NCBI GenBank assembly: GCA_907165135.1
Contig: OU015570.1
Location: 1,695,929-1,759,928, forward strand
DNA length: 64,000 nt
Source: Oikopleura dioica
Taxonomy: Eukaryota; Animalia; Chordata
Direction: 5' to 3'
Shown: piece by piece, positions 48,609 to 61,119 of the stretch
Position numbering within the stretch: position 1 is the stretch's first letter
Layout of the letters: each line of letters opens with the position of its first letter
Made by a program: the position numbers and the translations under genes
The notes under the pieces: model-generated
What the model saw: the letters and a program-made list of their open reading frames with translations, nothing else
What the model was told of the DNA's origin: nothing
Databases searched by the model: none

Positions 48609-50823
48609 CAGTGGTGTGAGGAGTTTCCGCACCCTTTGTGAGTGCTGCGTTCCCGCACCCCTAGCCCGCACTTTTTCGCTAGATGAGGGTCACGTCGCGC
48701 CGGCTATTTCGCCAAATCTAGAAGAATGAAGCCCTTTTAAGGGCTAAAATTTTCATGCTTTCATCAATCTTCAAAATTTAAAATGAAAACCACACCCGGT
48801 AGAATTACCGATTCTGTCAAAGAGAAAATTTTTCGGACAAACAAGAAGCTGACACTTCATCAGAAAAAAGCCGTGGTAGAAATTCATCACAAAAATAAAA
48901 GTTTAGGCTATAAACGGCTGATAAAACTTCTTCATGAGAAGCTAGATTTTACTATATCCGTTTCTACTCTTAGAGGTATTTTAAAAAATAAAGATAAACT
49001 TGAATGCACTACCACTTCCACCAGAACAACTCGAGTCAATTATTTTTCAAAATCAATGAACCGGTTTCGTCAAACAGTTGTGGACACAATCATTGCAGAA
49101 AGCCATTATATTGCTGTTAGCAATATAAATATACAGGAATATTGCTTCATCATTCAAAAATATCCTGAATTTAGAGAAGATAAAGCAATAAAAAAATTGA
49201 CTTTCAACACGCACTGGATCCTTTCATTGAAAAAAGACTACGAAATAACACATCGAAAAATCACAGGCAAAAAGTACTTAGTAAAACAAGACGCTGTCGA
49301 TAAATGTAGAAAGCAGCTGAAGGAATCTTTGTCTAGTTTTGAAGAGTCTGATAGGTGGAATATGGATGAGACCCGTTTCAATTTCTGGCAGGCGAACGGT
49401 AAAGGAAACTATATAAAATCCTTCGATACCGCGATGACCCATCGATTCGATGAAAGGGACGCTTATAGTGCGGGCTCATTCATTTCTTCCTCCGGTCAGA
49501 CAATCTTCCCCTTTTTCATCGCTTCTTCTTTCCCTAGAAATCTCTTTGGTAAATCCATTAAATCAAAAAAAATTGAGTATACGAATTCTCGAGGAGAAAA
49601 AATGAGCGATGAAGTAAGGTATTTCAAAGTCAAAAAAGATGAAGAAGTTCAAGAGTGTCTTTTCTTTCGATCAAGAAAGGGTTACATGACCAGACCTTTA
49701 TTTTGTGAGCTTATGCGGATATTCAACAAGTGGAATCAAGACCGATCTCGAAAAGCTGCACTTGTACTGGATAACTGTCCTGCTCATTGCAATGTTGAGG
49801 AGAGCCTTGGCCTTGATTCTGTGAAGCTTTTTTACTTGATTCCAAATGCTACCGCGTGGTGCCAGCCCGCAGGTTTTTATGTTGAACGTGAAAAGTTCAT
49901 AAATTTACTTTGGAAACAAAAACTTTAGACCTTTCTCTATTTCCTATGGAAGCCAAAAATTAAAATTTAGATCAAAATATCTTCAATATTGCTAAAAGGG
50001 AATACAGAAGCTGGTTGACGAGACAAAAATCTCCATTTCTATCTGGCTTTGCACAGCCAAAACCTCCAGAAAGAAAAGAATGCGTCTTGAAATTCGCCAC
50101 TCTGCTTGGCTTCTTTCCGAAAAATTACGTTGTTAAATGTTGGGAACAGGCTGGACTTCGGGAGAAAGTGGAGGCCAGTCCTGACGATCAGCAAATTATC
50201 AACGAGTTGGAAGGTAATTTTGTTCTTTAAAATCATTTAAAAACCTAAATTAAATTTTAGCCGCGAAGGAATTTGGAGAAGCACCGTTGGAGGGAGGGAT
50301 TCTCGATCAAAATCGTATTGATCCTCCGCCATTGCTCGATTTTGATGAAAATTTTCAAGCAATTGATGTCCCGCTGCTTCCCGTCCCTCCAGCGGTCGCC
50401 GAGAAATCCGACGATACCAGAAATCGACCGAGCTCCTCATCCGAAAGCTTCCGTTCCAGCGACTCGTCCGAGAAATCGCCCAACCTTTCCGATCGTCCTC
50501 CTACTTTTTCTTCTTCTACGACTGTTCAAAAAAAGAAGAAACAACTGTCCATCCTTCAATTTTTGGATAAAAATAAATATTAACAAAAATTTAACTCAAA
50601 AATCCGTCGCATGACTTTTAAATTGCAGGAAATTTAATATTTTTACAAGCTTTGAATCAACAATTCTCTCAAAAAATAGCAAGGGCAACATTAATTTTCT
50701 AGATGAAAGAGGCGCGACGTGACAAAATCTCTCGGTAGAGATAAATTCTCTGTCTGGAGTGATTGCTGCGTTTCCGCACCTTTTACCCGCACTTTAGGGG
50801 TGCGGAAACCGCTCACACCACTG
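48609..50823 (+). mobile_element. Full-length pogo/Tigger-family DNA transposon
   Basis: 26-bp TIRs CAGTGGTGTGAG(GA/CG)GTTTCCGCACCC at 48609-48634 and 50798-50823; TA duplication at 48607 and 50824. Confidence 0.95.
48783..50583 (+). CDS. pogo-family DD33D transposase, three exons (48783-49872, 49971-50213, 50261-50583), 551 aa
   Basis: N-terminal HTH-like region; [15 protein letters not shown] and WCQPA-D; GT-AG introns of 98 and 47 nt give a continuous frame of 1656 nt. Confidence 0.88.
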
Positions 50824-52273
50824 TACTGTCTCGAGAAAGCCACAGTGTCTCCCACATGGCGTAAGCGCTGGCGGTCAGAATTTTGGAGACGCCCTCCTCG
50901 AGCAATGATCTCCTATTCTCAACCGGAATCTCGTTATAGTTCAAGCCCGATAAGATCTTCAGTAACCAACGAAATGCAACTACAAGGTCCTCATTTGGTC
51001 GGAGTCGGAAAGATCTGAAGTCAGCCCGGCTGTCATTATACAACTCACACTGGTCTATTAGTTTTCGACAGATTGCTCTAAAAGTGTCGCTGGTTTTTAT
51101 CCCTACCTCCAGGCGCAGTTCCGCGGAAAGCTTCGTAAAAACTACATCCGCGCAAGAACTATCTGACCACCCAAATCTCTGAGCGTGCTCTTGGATGTCC
51201 AAGATGAGAAGCTCAATACGCCGAGATTCAAGGCTGGTCAGCCGCTGAATGTTAGCGGCTTGTTTTATGAGCCGAGTTGGATCGAGCCGCACCGCGGCTC
51301 TTTCCGAAAAATTCTCGGAGTGCCACCCTTGATCCCGAGTCTGAAAACGAGGTGTACTCGGAAGATTGTCAGAAGGAGATCGGCGATCAGAAAAACGATC
51401 TTGTGCATTCACTTTACGTGTTTGCTGGTTAGAACTCGAAAATTGAGATTCATTTGGCCGCGCAGAGGCAAAACCAGCGAATTCATTTGCATTTGATTGG
51501 GGGGTTTCTTGTTGATTGCCAATTCTAGCGCTCATTGCTGGCGGCGCTGGAACTGTACCTGTTGGCCTCGGATGCGATTGGTCAAACCCATCACGGTTAG
51601 ACCCGGATTCCGAAACTCTTGTAACGGGCGTTTCAGTAATACTCCTAGGCTCAGCATAAATGCTTTCTATCTCCGGGAAATTTCTCACACCCCGGGGGTT
51701 AATGAGAAATTCGCCACTTTCTTCATCTCGCCTCCATACATGCTCCTCTGCGTAATCTTTCAGAGCCTGTAGATTATCCTCATCAGAAGCTCCTTCCGGA
51801 ATCTCCTTTGCTACCAAACAAGCTATCACTTGCCGAGGAGTAAGTTCTGATAGCTTCAAAAATAAAGACTCCCTTATTGGTAGGGGGTGCACAGTAGGAA
51901 AATAACCAAAATCGAAAGTATTTTCAATAGGCTTGAATTTTTTTAAGTAAGTAGAACACCTTCCGTGGATCATTTTAATAAAAAATGGCAAATTATCCCA
52001 AAATTTTTGGTTTTTTCGGATTTTTTCAAAACGGGGTTCAACGGGGGACTAGATAAAACCAGATTTGGATAGAGCAGCTCAAGAGCTTTCAAATCATACC
52101 CAAATCTCATTGTGCACTTTTGTGCAAAAAATTCTTGAGCCGATTTTCTGTCGAAACCCTGCAATTTTCGGCCGAGTGGGGTGTTCGAATCCCGACGATG
52201 CTATTTTTTTTTCATGACCGTTTTCCACTCTAAATGATAAGAACTGATCATGTGATCCAGCGTTAGTCATATA

Positions 52274-53039
52274 CCGTGGTTTTCCATTTTAAGAGCGCCC
52301 AATTTAAGAGCGTTTTCGCCAACATTTTGCAAATTATGTTATCTGCGAAAATTCAAATTTAAGAGCGTTTTTGAAGATTTTTATGCAATCAAAAAATTTT
52401 TAGACTCAAATAAATCATTAACTAAAACGTGTAATCTCTGACTGCTTTTCCGGCCATTTTAAAGTCAATGGTTTGGTAGTGTCGGCTCCTTCTGTCATTT
52501 GAACTTGAGGTTCTTCTCCAATCTCCATCGTCGACGGACCATCAGGGTCGGAGCTCTTTTGCTTTTAATCTGATTCCTAGATATTTAATTTACCTATTCC
52601 TACAAAGGCTAGAAAATGTACCCTGAGGCATGTCTTCCCCATCATTTTCCTTCGGATTATCTATTAGATCTCCATGACAGTCTTTCTCCCATCCTTTCTT
52701 TTTGAGCCTTCACCAGAATCTGCGCATATTTTTTCTTCTAAGCCAAAGACATGTGTTTTTCTTTTCTTCTCCAGGCATTTTCGTTGTTTAAATTTTGAAG
52801 AATGAAAGAGATCAGATTAAGAAAAAGCGCTCGAGCAAAATCCTGAAAAAATCACTCACGTTCTCATCTTGATATACAATTACTTTTGCTTCTAGATCTT
52901 TTCTGTTTCATACTTTCGAAATTCCCTGAAAAATGAAAATAACCACTGTCATCCTATATCGATAGAAAAATTTCCAATTTAAGAGCGTTTTAGGCAAACC
53001 CTGTCATCTAAAAAACGCTCTTAAAATGGAAAACCACGG
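52274..53039 (-). mobile_element. Internally deleted pogo/Tc1-type element
   Basis: Perfect TIR CCGTGGTTTTCCATTTTAAGAGCG with TA at 52272 and 53040; decayed HTH-like KRKHMSLA*KKKYAQILVKAQ on the minus strand. Confidence 0.8.
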
Positions 53040-53249
53040 TATTGTCCTCCTGAGGACTTTGCTGGTGGAAGAATGCTCCTGGAAGAAGAAAAAAATTATT
53101 ATAATTTTAAAAAATAAGGAAAGTTCGGGAACAGTTAGGGGAGGGGCCAAGCCGACCAGAAGGGGAAGCAAGCCCCGTTTTATCAATTCAGTCAAGGACA
53201 GGGTAAAGCTGACCCGAAGGGGAGGCCACGCTCGTCTATTCAATTCAGT

Positions 53250-53352
53250 AAGCCCCGTTCCTTGATTTTTAATTTTAAGGGGCTTGACAGAGGCCTGGGA
53301 CTCTTAGTTGATCAATCTCAGTTACGTCCCCAACCCCACCCACGCCCGTTGA
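53250..53352 (+). repeat. Dispersed copy of the hairpin element related to the 56-bp satellite
   Basis: AGCCCCGTTCCTTGATTTTTAATTTTAAGGGGCTTGAC...CCCCAACCCCACCCACGCCC; relatives at 7923-7970, 8483-8585, 24790-24872 and 57050-57092. Confidence 0.8.
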
Positions 53353-54441
53353 TATTAAAATTTAAGTAATCCTTGTATTTTTCTTAATTATGGTCTTTAT
53401 GAGACGTCGACAAATATCTTTAACAACGTGTTTCTCTTGAGTAAAAGCAGTTGTAAAAGAGTTTTGACCGTGATATTAACGATTTTTAATTATTTTTTTT
53501 CCCTCTGATGGATGAGGATGGATCCGGATGAGGTTTTTACGACGATAAAAATGATCAGTCATCATCTGCGATCAATTTTATGCATAAAATCCCTAATCTA
53601 AATCGGTTTTGAGAAAAATCGTATTTTGACCTCAGGTGACCTCAGATGACCTTCAATGACCCCAAGTCATATGTCAAAATGATCAGTGGATCATAGGCTT
53701 TCCATTGATGTATCATTCATCCCTATAAGTGGATGATAAAAAAATCGATTTTCCCACTGTGCACCCCCTACTTATTGGCATTGCTTTGAAAAAATGATGA
53801 GACCGAAATTGATTTTCGAAAAACTAAGATAATTCAAATAAACTAGAGATAAATGAAATTTCAGATTTCAAAACAAGAAATCTGAAAAAGTTATCCGACC
53901 GTCAAATCCCAATTAGAAATTAAAATTATGTGTTTTTATAAAAAAAATTTATTTCTTTCAGAATCTCGAAATCATGAAAGATACAAAAAAACAATTTGCA
54001 AAAGTACCTTGATTTAAAGTTGAAAAGTAGCAAACTGATGGAAGATGTAGAATTGAGCGAAGAAAGACGAGTTGAAGGAGTTGTTGCTGATCCGCTGGAG
54101 CCGAAACAGGAGAGCTATTACGAAACCGGAAGCTGGAAATGAACTAGACGTCTGGGCGAAAGCCGCGCTCGGATTGACTGTAGTAGCGCTTAGCAGTGCT
54201 GCAGTTGACTGGAAAGAAAAACCTCCTTTTTTGTTGTAGAAATTTGTTTTGTTTCGGGGGCAATTCAAATCTCTTTATCAAAAAAATTTACTTCAGTCAC
54301 CAGTTAGGGGACTGGATTTATGACTGTTTTATTTGGACGCGAAGAACCTTTCGGGAAACAAGGAGCTTGCAAATGCGTAGTTTATTGAGGAAAACAGCCC
54401 AGACATGGGCAATGTGGCAGCAGAGAGAAGTGTAATTAAGA

Positions 54442-54602
54442 ACCGGTTGTTCATGTGAAAAACAGTTGGGCGAATGGTTTCCTGTGAAATATGTACATTA
54501 GCGCGCATTCACCCATGAATGTGCGCGAGGTTTTGGTAGATAATTGAGGACTTGAAAGTGATTTATATGGTTAAATATAAGTCAAAAGTCCAAAACCCAA
54601 TA
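54442..54602 (+). repeat. Dispersed ~163-bp direct repeat, copy 2
   Basis: Near-identical to 40117-40280. Confidence 0.9.
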
Positions 54603-56324
54603 TCCTATTGTAGAAAATTTTACGGGTGATTTACTCATTACTTATAATTTATAAATTATAAAAAATATATTCTTGGCTCTTGAGCATCAATTTACTTCCA
54701 AACGAATCACTACTAAGTTGTTATATACTTTTTATTTTACTTAACGGACAGCAAACATTGAAAAAAATCCGAATCGTCCGAAGACAAAACCCCCGTTTTC
54801 TCTTCCAATGATTCGGGAAATCCCGAATCATTTGGGATCCAAAACTGTTCGAAGTTTTAACCTCTTTATATTATGGCCCATATAATAACTTATATGATAA
54901 GTTATCATAGGCTATGATTCATAGGAATTTGAACTTCTAACAATTTCTGTTAATAAGAATAATTTCATTATCTTCAGTTGGCCTTGGGTCTCATGCGAAA
55001 ATTCCGTTAGATGAAAGTTCCTTACACTCCCGAATGATTCGGGATCCCAAACTGTTCGAAGAGACAACCTAAAGATCTGTCCTAGAATTACAAAAGAACC
55101 TTTTGGAACTTTTTATTTACAGCAAAAAAAATGCCTTGAGTAATCTTCTCACGTGATTTAAGGGTGTCAACAACGATTGGGTTAGGGTTAGTCTTAAATG
55201 TCGATCAGTAAGAATAATGTTATTAAGTTTATGGTGATTACAAATCTTTTTTCAGATCTGAAATATCTCATCTAGATCACGAGATACGGGTTATTCTTTG
55301 AGCGCGCAAATGCATTAGTGCTCGATAGAAATACTAGTACACTGTTAGAGGAGTCATTTTTAAATTTTCGATTTTGTATAGCAAATTATATATTTTCAGA
55401 TAGCGGCTATCTGAGATAGCTTAAAAAATTCTCTATCCATTGATACCCATAACGAAACCGTTAAACGTATTTTACCCACTAGGACGGCGCGCCAAAAGTC
55501 CCAAACACCTGCACTTTGGCGCCGGAAACGGGGATAAAATTAATTATAAGCGCGCGATCTTGATGTAGAAATTGATTGCTGATGGTTTGAACTATTTTCT
55601 GTGAAAAAATGAAACAAATCGAACCAAGGCTTCCGCAGCAAATTTAAGGCTAAAGTTGAATAAAATCGTATGTTTACATAGGATGCGTGCGTGCGAAGAA
55701 AATGAAAAAAGAGCGCCAAGAAGACTCATACTTTTGTATGAAGATTCTTGTCTGAAATTTTCAGATCCCTATCTCCTCTAGAACTCCCGCTACGGATGTC
55801 AAAAGTAAGCCCTATTTTGCAAATGTACCTTGTAGTCTTCTCTGAAGTCGGTGGGGGATTAAGGGACTCCGCCGACCCAGCTCCGCGCGCCTTGCTCGCT
55901 CTTTTTCACTCTCACTTTCTATGAGGACAATATTTTCTATTTTCATGAAATTTTAGGACCAAACTAAACTTTTTATTCTCTTTATCCTCCATCTCTTAAA
56001 ATTTCATATGTTGTAGCTATGCTGAGTTGCGGCAAAAACTTTGGCGCTCGACTTCAAGTGTACATAAGTACTCGAAATACTCGGATTGAGACTTTGAGAC
56101 TCGACTCATTGAAAAGCCCGTGCCTTCTTGCATAAGGCCTTCTTATTGAGATAAAATTATAATTTATGCTGCTCTCGTAAACGAGCGGTAAATAAAGGTT
56201 ATTCAGAATAATTTATGGGGGGTGGCGGGCGCTCAGGTTCAAAATCGGTTGGTTCACAATTTTGTGAACCCGGTTCACAATTTTGTTAGTCAAGATGTTA
56301 GTCAAGAGCCTCTCAAAAAATATA

Positions 56325-56724
56325 CAGTTGGTTTCCCAATTTCCGGACTAATTTTGTCCCCTGCTTTCCAAAAAAATGTCCGGAAATTTGGGTCACCGGA
56401 AAAAAATTTTATGTCCCACCAAGTATTCTTAAAAAACGTTGGTACAGGCTCAATACAAAGAGATTATGAAAGAAAAACCACTAAATGACCCTTAGTTTTA
56501 CTCTTCTTCTTCAACCTCGCGAACAAGCTCAGCTTGCGCCAAAAAAGTAGTTAATTTAACCGTAGATTGATTCCTCTTTTAGAGAAAATGATCGCTAATC
56601 AATAAAATTTTGAAAAAAAATCCGGAAATTCGGACAATGGTCGATTTTGTAGTGTCCCACTAAGATGCCTTAAAATCTGAAAAATGTCCGGAAATTTGGA
56701 CTCCGGAAATTTGGAAACAAACTG
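56325..56724. mobile_element. Tc1/mariner-type MITE
   Basis: TIR CAGTT(G/T)GTTTCC(C/A)AATTTCCGGA flanked by TA on both sides. Confidence 0.75.
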
Positions 56725-57209
56725 TATTGATAGTTCGACCAATAAGAACACATTTTTGGCGTAGAGAAACGGGAGGCCCTTGACTAACATACTGTATTTA
56801 TTACAGTCAGTTTTTTGCCTTTTTTGTGTGGCGCGCAGCGCGCGGCGCCGAGTTCGCCCTCAGGCACTTATTAGGATGGTCGCCGCGGAATTCAATTGAA
56901 ATTCTTTCTTTTAAAAGAAATATCAAAAAATGAGCAATTAATTAAATTTAAAATTATAAAATTAATCTTTAAATGAGTAAATAAAACAATTTTTTTAAAT
57001 TCTCTATATTTTTCAGAAAATATTAGAATATTTTTTTCTTCTTCTTTTTCCGAAGGGCCGTCTCAGCCCCCTTCCTTGATTTTTTATTTTAACCCCTATA
57101 CGGGAGGTGTACAATTTTTGTCGATTTCGGGATATAATCGCCAGCGATAAATTGCTCCTGCAGAAACTCAACACCCTCAATACTCTTACACGTGTAAGCG
57201 TTCTAACGT

Positions 57210-57500
57210 TTATTCTAGTACAGCAGTTAGGCTCAACAAAACAAACACGGGTTCTACAGCGTCTCCAGCGGTGATGATGGAGGCCCGAGAAGGATACACG
57301 TGATGGAAGTTGATGTTGGAAGCTGCGTCTCCACGTTCACTGAACAAACCTGAAATCCGATTAGTCTGCTGTAGCTCCACTAGAATCTCTAAATAAACGT
57401 GCTTCACCTCGAGTTCGAACGCTAAGCGTATGAGCAACGGTTGGTGCGAACTCAGCCGACCGTTCTCGCGCGTAGGTTTTCTTCCTAAGGGCAGGCGAGC
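57210..57500 (-). CDS. Small hypothetical protein (5' end uncertain)
   Basis: Open frame GRKPTRENGRLSSHQPLLIRLAFELEVKH...VLE*, directly downstream of the RGG-tail gene. Confidence 0.35.
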   Translation of the reverse strand, partial: ARLPLGRKPTRENGRLSSHQPLLIRLAFELEVKHVYLEILVELQQTNRISGLFSERGDAASNINFHHVYPSRASIITAGDAVEPVFVLLSLTAVLE

Positions 57501-57577
57501 CTGGCCGAACTATTATTCTATCGTCTAAATCCTAACGTCCCCCCTATTTGACCGAAGTAAACCTACCGGACCTACAT

Positions 57578-58875
57578 TTAATATCTTCCCCGTCGAGCGC
57601 CGCGGCCGTTGAATGATCCTCGTTTTGGCGCGAAACCGTGATAGTTTCCTCGTGCTGGAGCCGGTCTTTTATATGCTCCTTCGCCGCTGAATCCTCCAGA
57701 TGCTGAGCTCCACGAGCGTCCACCCGTGTACACTTTCCAGTGCTGGGCCCATGCTGGCAGGGGAATCCTTTCAACCACGTGACGGTTTTCCTCGATGCTG
57801 AAGGATGTTTCTAGGCAGCGCAAGCTTCCATTGGGGCCGACTATCACGAGTTGACAAGGCCGAAGGTGGTCCATCCCGAGCACGTGACAAAGCCTGGCCT
57901 TTTCTCCCCACTTCGAGCAATACTCGATCAACGTCTCCAGCGTCCAATTCTTCATTTCCTCCACCGATTGGATGAAGTCCAGGCCCGCAGCTTGACTTTT
58001 GATTGCCAGCTCCGACGTGGTTTCGACCCATCCCCGGAGCTCGTCCTTTGACGCCTTTTCTCCCGGCTTTGGTGAGAGCTGATAGCATTGTTAAATCGAT
58101 GGGAACCCCGCCGGGTTTTTATCGAGTATCGCAACGTGAATCAATACCCGTTTATTTCACTTACCCAGTTGGGGCTAAGGGCGCTAAAGAGACCCTGGAG
58201 ATTGACCACGTTCGCCTTGATCAAATCGTCAGCCACAACTTCACTTGCCATATTCCAGAATCTTGATTTTAACTCCTCAGTGCTGTCGCACTCGTAGAGC
58301 TTCATTCTAAATCCCGACGACTTCGGGAAAAAGAGATCGTTCACCGTCACGAGGTAAGAATAGTAGCCCCCAACAAGCCGAGGCGCGTTTATAAATTGAT
58401 CTACTAGGTCTTGCGACCCCTTCAGCTGCAGCAACACGAATGGAAGCGTCGACGTTCGCGTGTTCTTCTGAACTCTACCGGTAAGTTTCTTTTAATACAC
58501 GTGTAAACAGACCTGTTCTTCAACCGTGAAAATCTTTCGCTCCGCCTTCGCAATCTTATCACATAAGATGCGGAGAGCCGACATAAACTTTTTCACTTCC
58601 GGATCGTTTTCGTTCGTTTTCACGTCCTCGATCTTCGCGAACGTGCTGACAAACTGCGCCACGGGTACGCCGCCCTTGAGTTCGTTTCTTGCACGTGTAG
58701 ATTCTTCCGACAACTTGACGTCGCGGGCTAGATCTAACTGGCCCGAAGTCATCCGGCGCTTATCATCCGTCTTGAACATGCTTGTGGTTTCTGGTGGTTG
58801 GTAACCATCATCTAGGTCACGGAAGGACGGGCCAGCCGTTTCCATTTCCATAGGGGTAGACTTTTTAGGGGGCAT
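57578..58875 (-). CDS. Hypothetical 388-aa protein with an RG/RGG-rich tail; exons 58875-58513, 58467-58165 and 58078-57578
   Basis: Two phase-0 GT-AG introns (45 and 86 nt) join three ORFs without stops; the protein ends RGSFNGRGARRGRY. Confidence 0.75.
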
Positions 58876-58961
58876 TCAGTCTAAACCAGAATACAATTAA
58901 CAATTTTATCTCGTCTAATCGATTAGCTTGGGACACGGAAATTTAGTTAAACACGTGTTGA

Positions 58962-60745
58962 ATGCCCCGTCCGGCGAGAAAGGTTACTCCTCGTTGATTT
59001 CGTCGTTGTCTCCATTCTGGGAGCCTAAACAAACTTTTTACTTTTGAATTTTTGGTCTTTTCCGAAGATATTTTCCAGAGAGTTGACCGGTATCGAGGCC
59101 TACTTCAACAATCTTGCCCGCCGCCGCGAACTACATCCGGACCGCCCACGTGATCTCCTCTACAAGTACGAGTTCGATGCCCGTAGCGTGTTTCCTCAAC
59201 GTGGGACTCGCCGAGCCTACCGAGACGAAAACGTTGCGAATTCTACCCAGCGTATCACTTCACTTCGTGTCCTCTCTGACGTGCTCGGAGTCGATGTTAC
59301 TCCTGCTCTACTCCGAACCGGTCGAATCCCAATTCGCGTGAGATTTGAAATCGACGGCCACCGTGAGGATCTTCGAGCTGAACTTCACCTTCCACGACTT
59401 GTTGACTTCCAGGTCAACGTCTACACTCTCTACTGCGAATATCAGTCCGCAGTTAACCGAATTTCTGACGACCGAGGCCGTCTCACCCGTGATCACCGAG
59501 CTATCGCGTGTCGCCGCTTCTTGGTGCACCTTCTGCGCTACACCACCTTCCGAATCCACGATGCCGCCGAGCTCTACCACAAAATCAACCGGCCGCTTCC
59601 CCACGAGATTGGCGATCCATCTGTAGGCTACTTTCACTACAGTCTCGACCACGCCCCGCCATACTTTGTCTTTTGCTCTGGTCCGTCGCTCTGCACGGAG
59701 TAAGTAATTTATTCTAAATTGCTTTGCGTTTACACTTGCCTTTCCTAACTCGATATTCTAGCGAGTACTCTACGCACGCCGGTGGGGCTTTACACCGCAA
59801 AATGGGCGCCCACATTCACTCGTGTTCAACAGATCATCTCTCCGCAATCCTGCCAGCCCAGAGTCCAACATTATCAGGTGTATTACCTCGGTCTTCGGGC
59901 GAGATGTTTTCAACAACAGCGAGCACGGATACCGCGGCAGCCTCGGGGACGACAACAGTAAAGGTGACGCGAGAAGTTGCTTTTCCACGTGCTAAAATTT
60001 ACTAGTCATTGTTCGACTCAACTTCAATGATCTCCCGCGCTTCTTCACTGATCACAACCTTTCGATGATTATGTTCCTCGCTCTCTATCTCTTCCAGTGT
60101 ACCGAAAAGCACTCCTTTGTCGGCCAAGTAAGATTATTACCTGTTTTCTCAGCAGTCTTCTGCTGCTCAGCTCCAGAAATTATGGATTCGTTCCCTGTGT
60201 CTGACGCGCCTTTTTTAGGATGAAGCGGCAATCATCTTTGCGGGCGGATTTTGTTACTAAGGTTCCGTTTTTGCCACCCCACGTGTGCTCGTGAAATCTG
60301 GTGGCCTCCGACTCTTTTACGAGTTCTGCAGCAAAGGCGGTATCCACTTTCCCGACTACATCAAGAAGCGAACAAACCGCGGCACCGAACTCTATTTCCC
60401 ACGTGACATCTTCGCTCACGCCCGTAAGATTACAAATGAGTTATATTTATTCACGTGCCTTATTCTTAGCTTTATTCTCCGCTATACTAAATACAAATTC
60501 TAGGTGAGCACAGGGTGATTCCGAAAGGGTCACTAGAACTCTACCTCGGGGTCGACCTTGTCCAGAAAATTATGGATACGGATACCATGGAACTTCCGGT
60601 GCTCCCAATTCCTCACGCGCCTCGGTTTGAGACGGTTGATGACGATTTCATCTGGCCCAACGACGCGAAGATCCGTGAGCAACAAGCCGCCCGCGGCTTG
60701 CCCACTCCTCTCGGCGGATACGGTCATCTCCGCTACTCCGCTTGA
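58962..60745 (+). CDS. Hypothetical multi-exon protein (about 6 exons), possibly disrupted
   Basis: Phase-compatible GT-AG introns at 59964-60005, 60128-60218 and 60424-60503. The first exon and the junction at ~59698-59761 are uncertain. There is an in-frame TAA at 60258. Confidence 0.55.
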
Positions 60746-61035
60746 TCCTTTCCTGAAATCAACGACGATTCAGCCAGGGGGCCCACTTCCGCGTGGCCCA
60801 AATTTCCCGTGTATATTTTTCTCCGTTTCTTTGGCTGCGAGAAAGCAAACTCTTCCAGCCAACCTAAACAATTTTGCCCTACTAATCTGTTTACTTTCTC
60901 ACCTTCATGTTTCGCTTTCCGTTTCGCCGTATTTTCGGCCATCATTTTAAAATTTTCCGTTATCGCTCGCGCCAAATCCGCGTCAGTTTTTGCTCCATTT
61001 CGAAACTTATCATAACACGAGTCAACTTTTCCCAT
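60733..61035 (-). CDS. Small hypothetical protein with a PKKRRK NLS-like motif
   Basis: ATG follows CTTTAG-AA; optional in-frame 39-nt intron; the stop overlaps the end of the convergent gene. Confidence 0.5.
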   Translation of the reverse strand: MGKVDSCYDKFRNGAKTDADLARAITENFKMMAENTAKRKAKHEGEKVNRLVGQNCLGWLEEFAFSQPKKRRKIYTGNLGHAEVGPLAESSLISGKDQAE

Positions 61036-61119
61036 TTCTAAAGCGACCAAATAAATGTCTTTTCTTAACCTGTCTCAATTATTCAGCACGTGAGTTGATA
61101 CAGTTAGATTGCCACGTGG

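Larger units (their letters stand above)
48155..51973 (-). pseudogene. gag: gag (about 533 aa when reconstructed) split by a pogo-family insertion
   Basis: Joining 51973-50824 to 48606-48155 restores one frame (WLSRDS-TIDLSANLQ); zinc knuckle CHYCKGPHFLASC. Confidence 0.9.

Noticed and set aside
40117-54602. The 163-bp direct repeats as the LTR pair of the env-bearing element
   Set aside because: There are no TG..CA ends, PBS or PPT, and the copies lie 1.7-2.5 kb from the coding regions with unrelated DNA in between.
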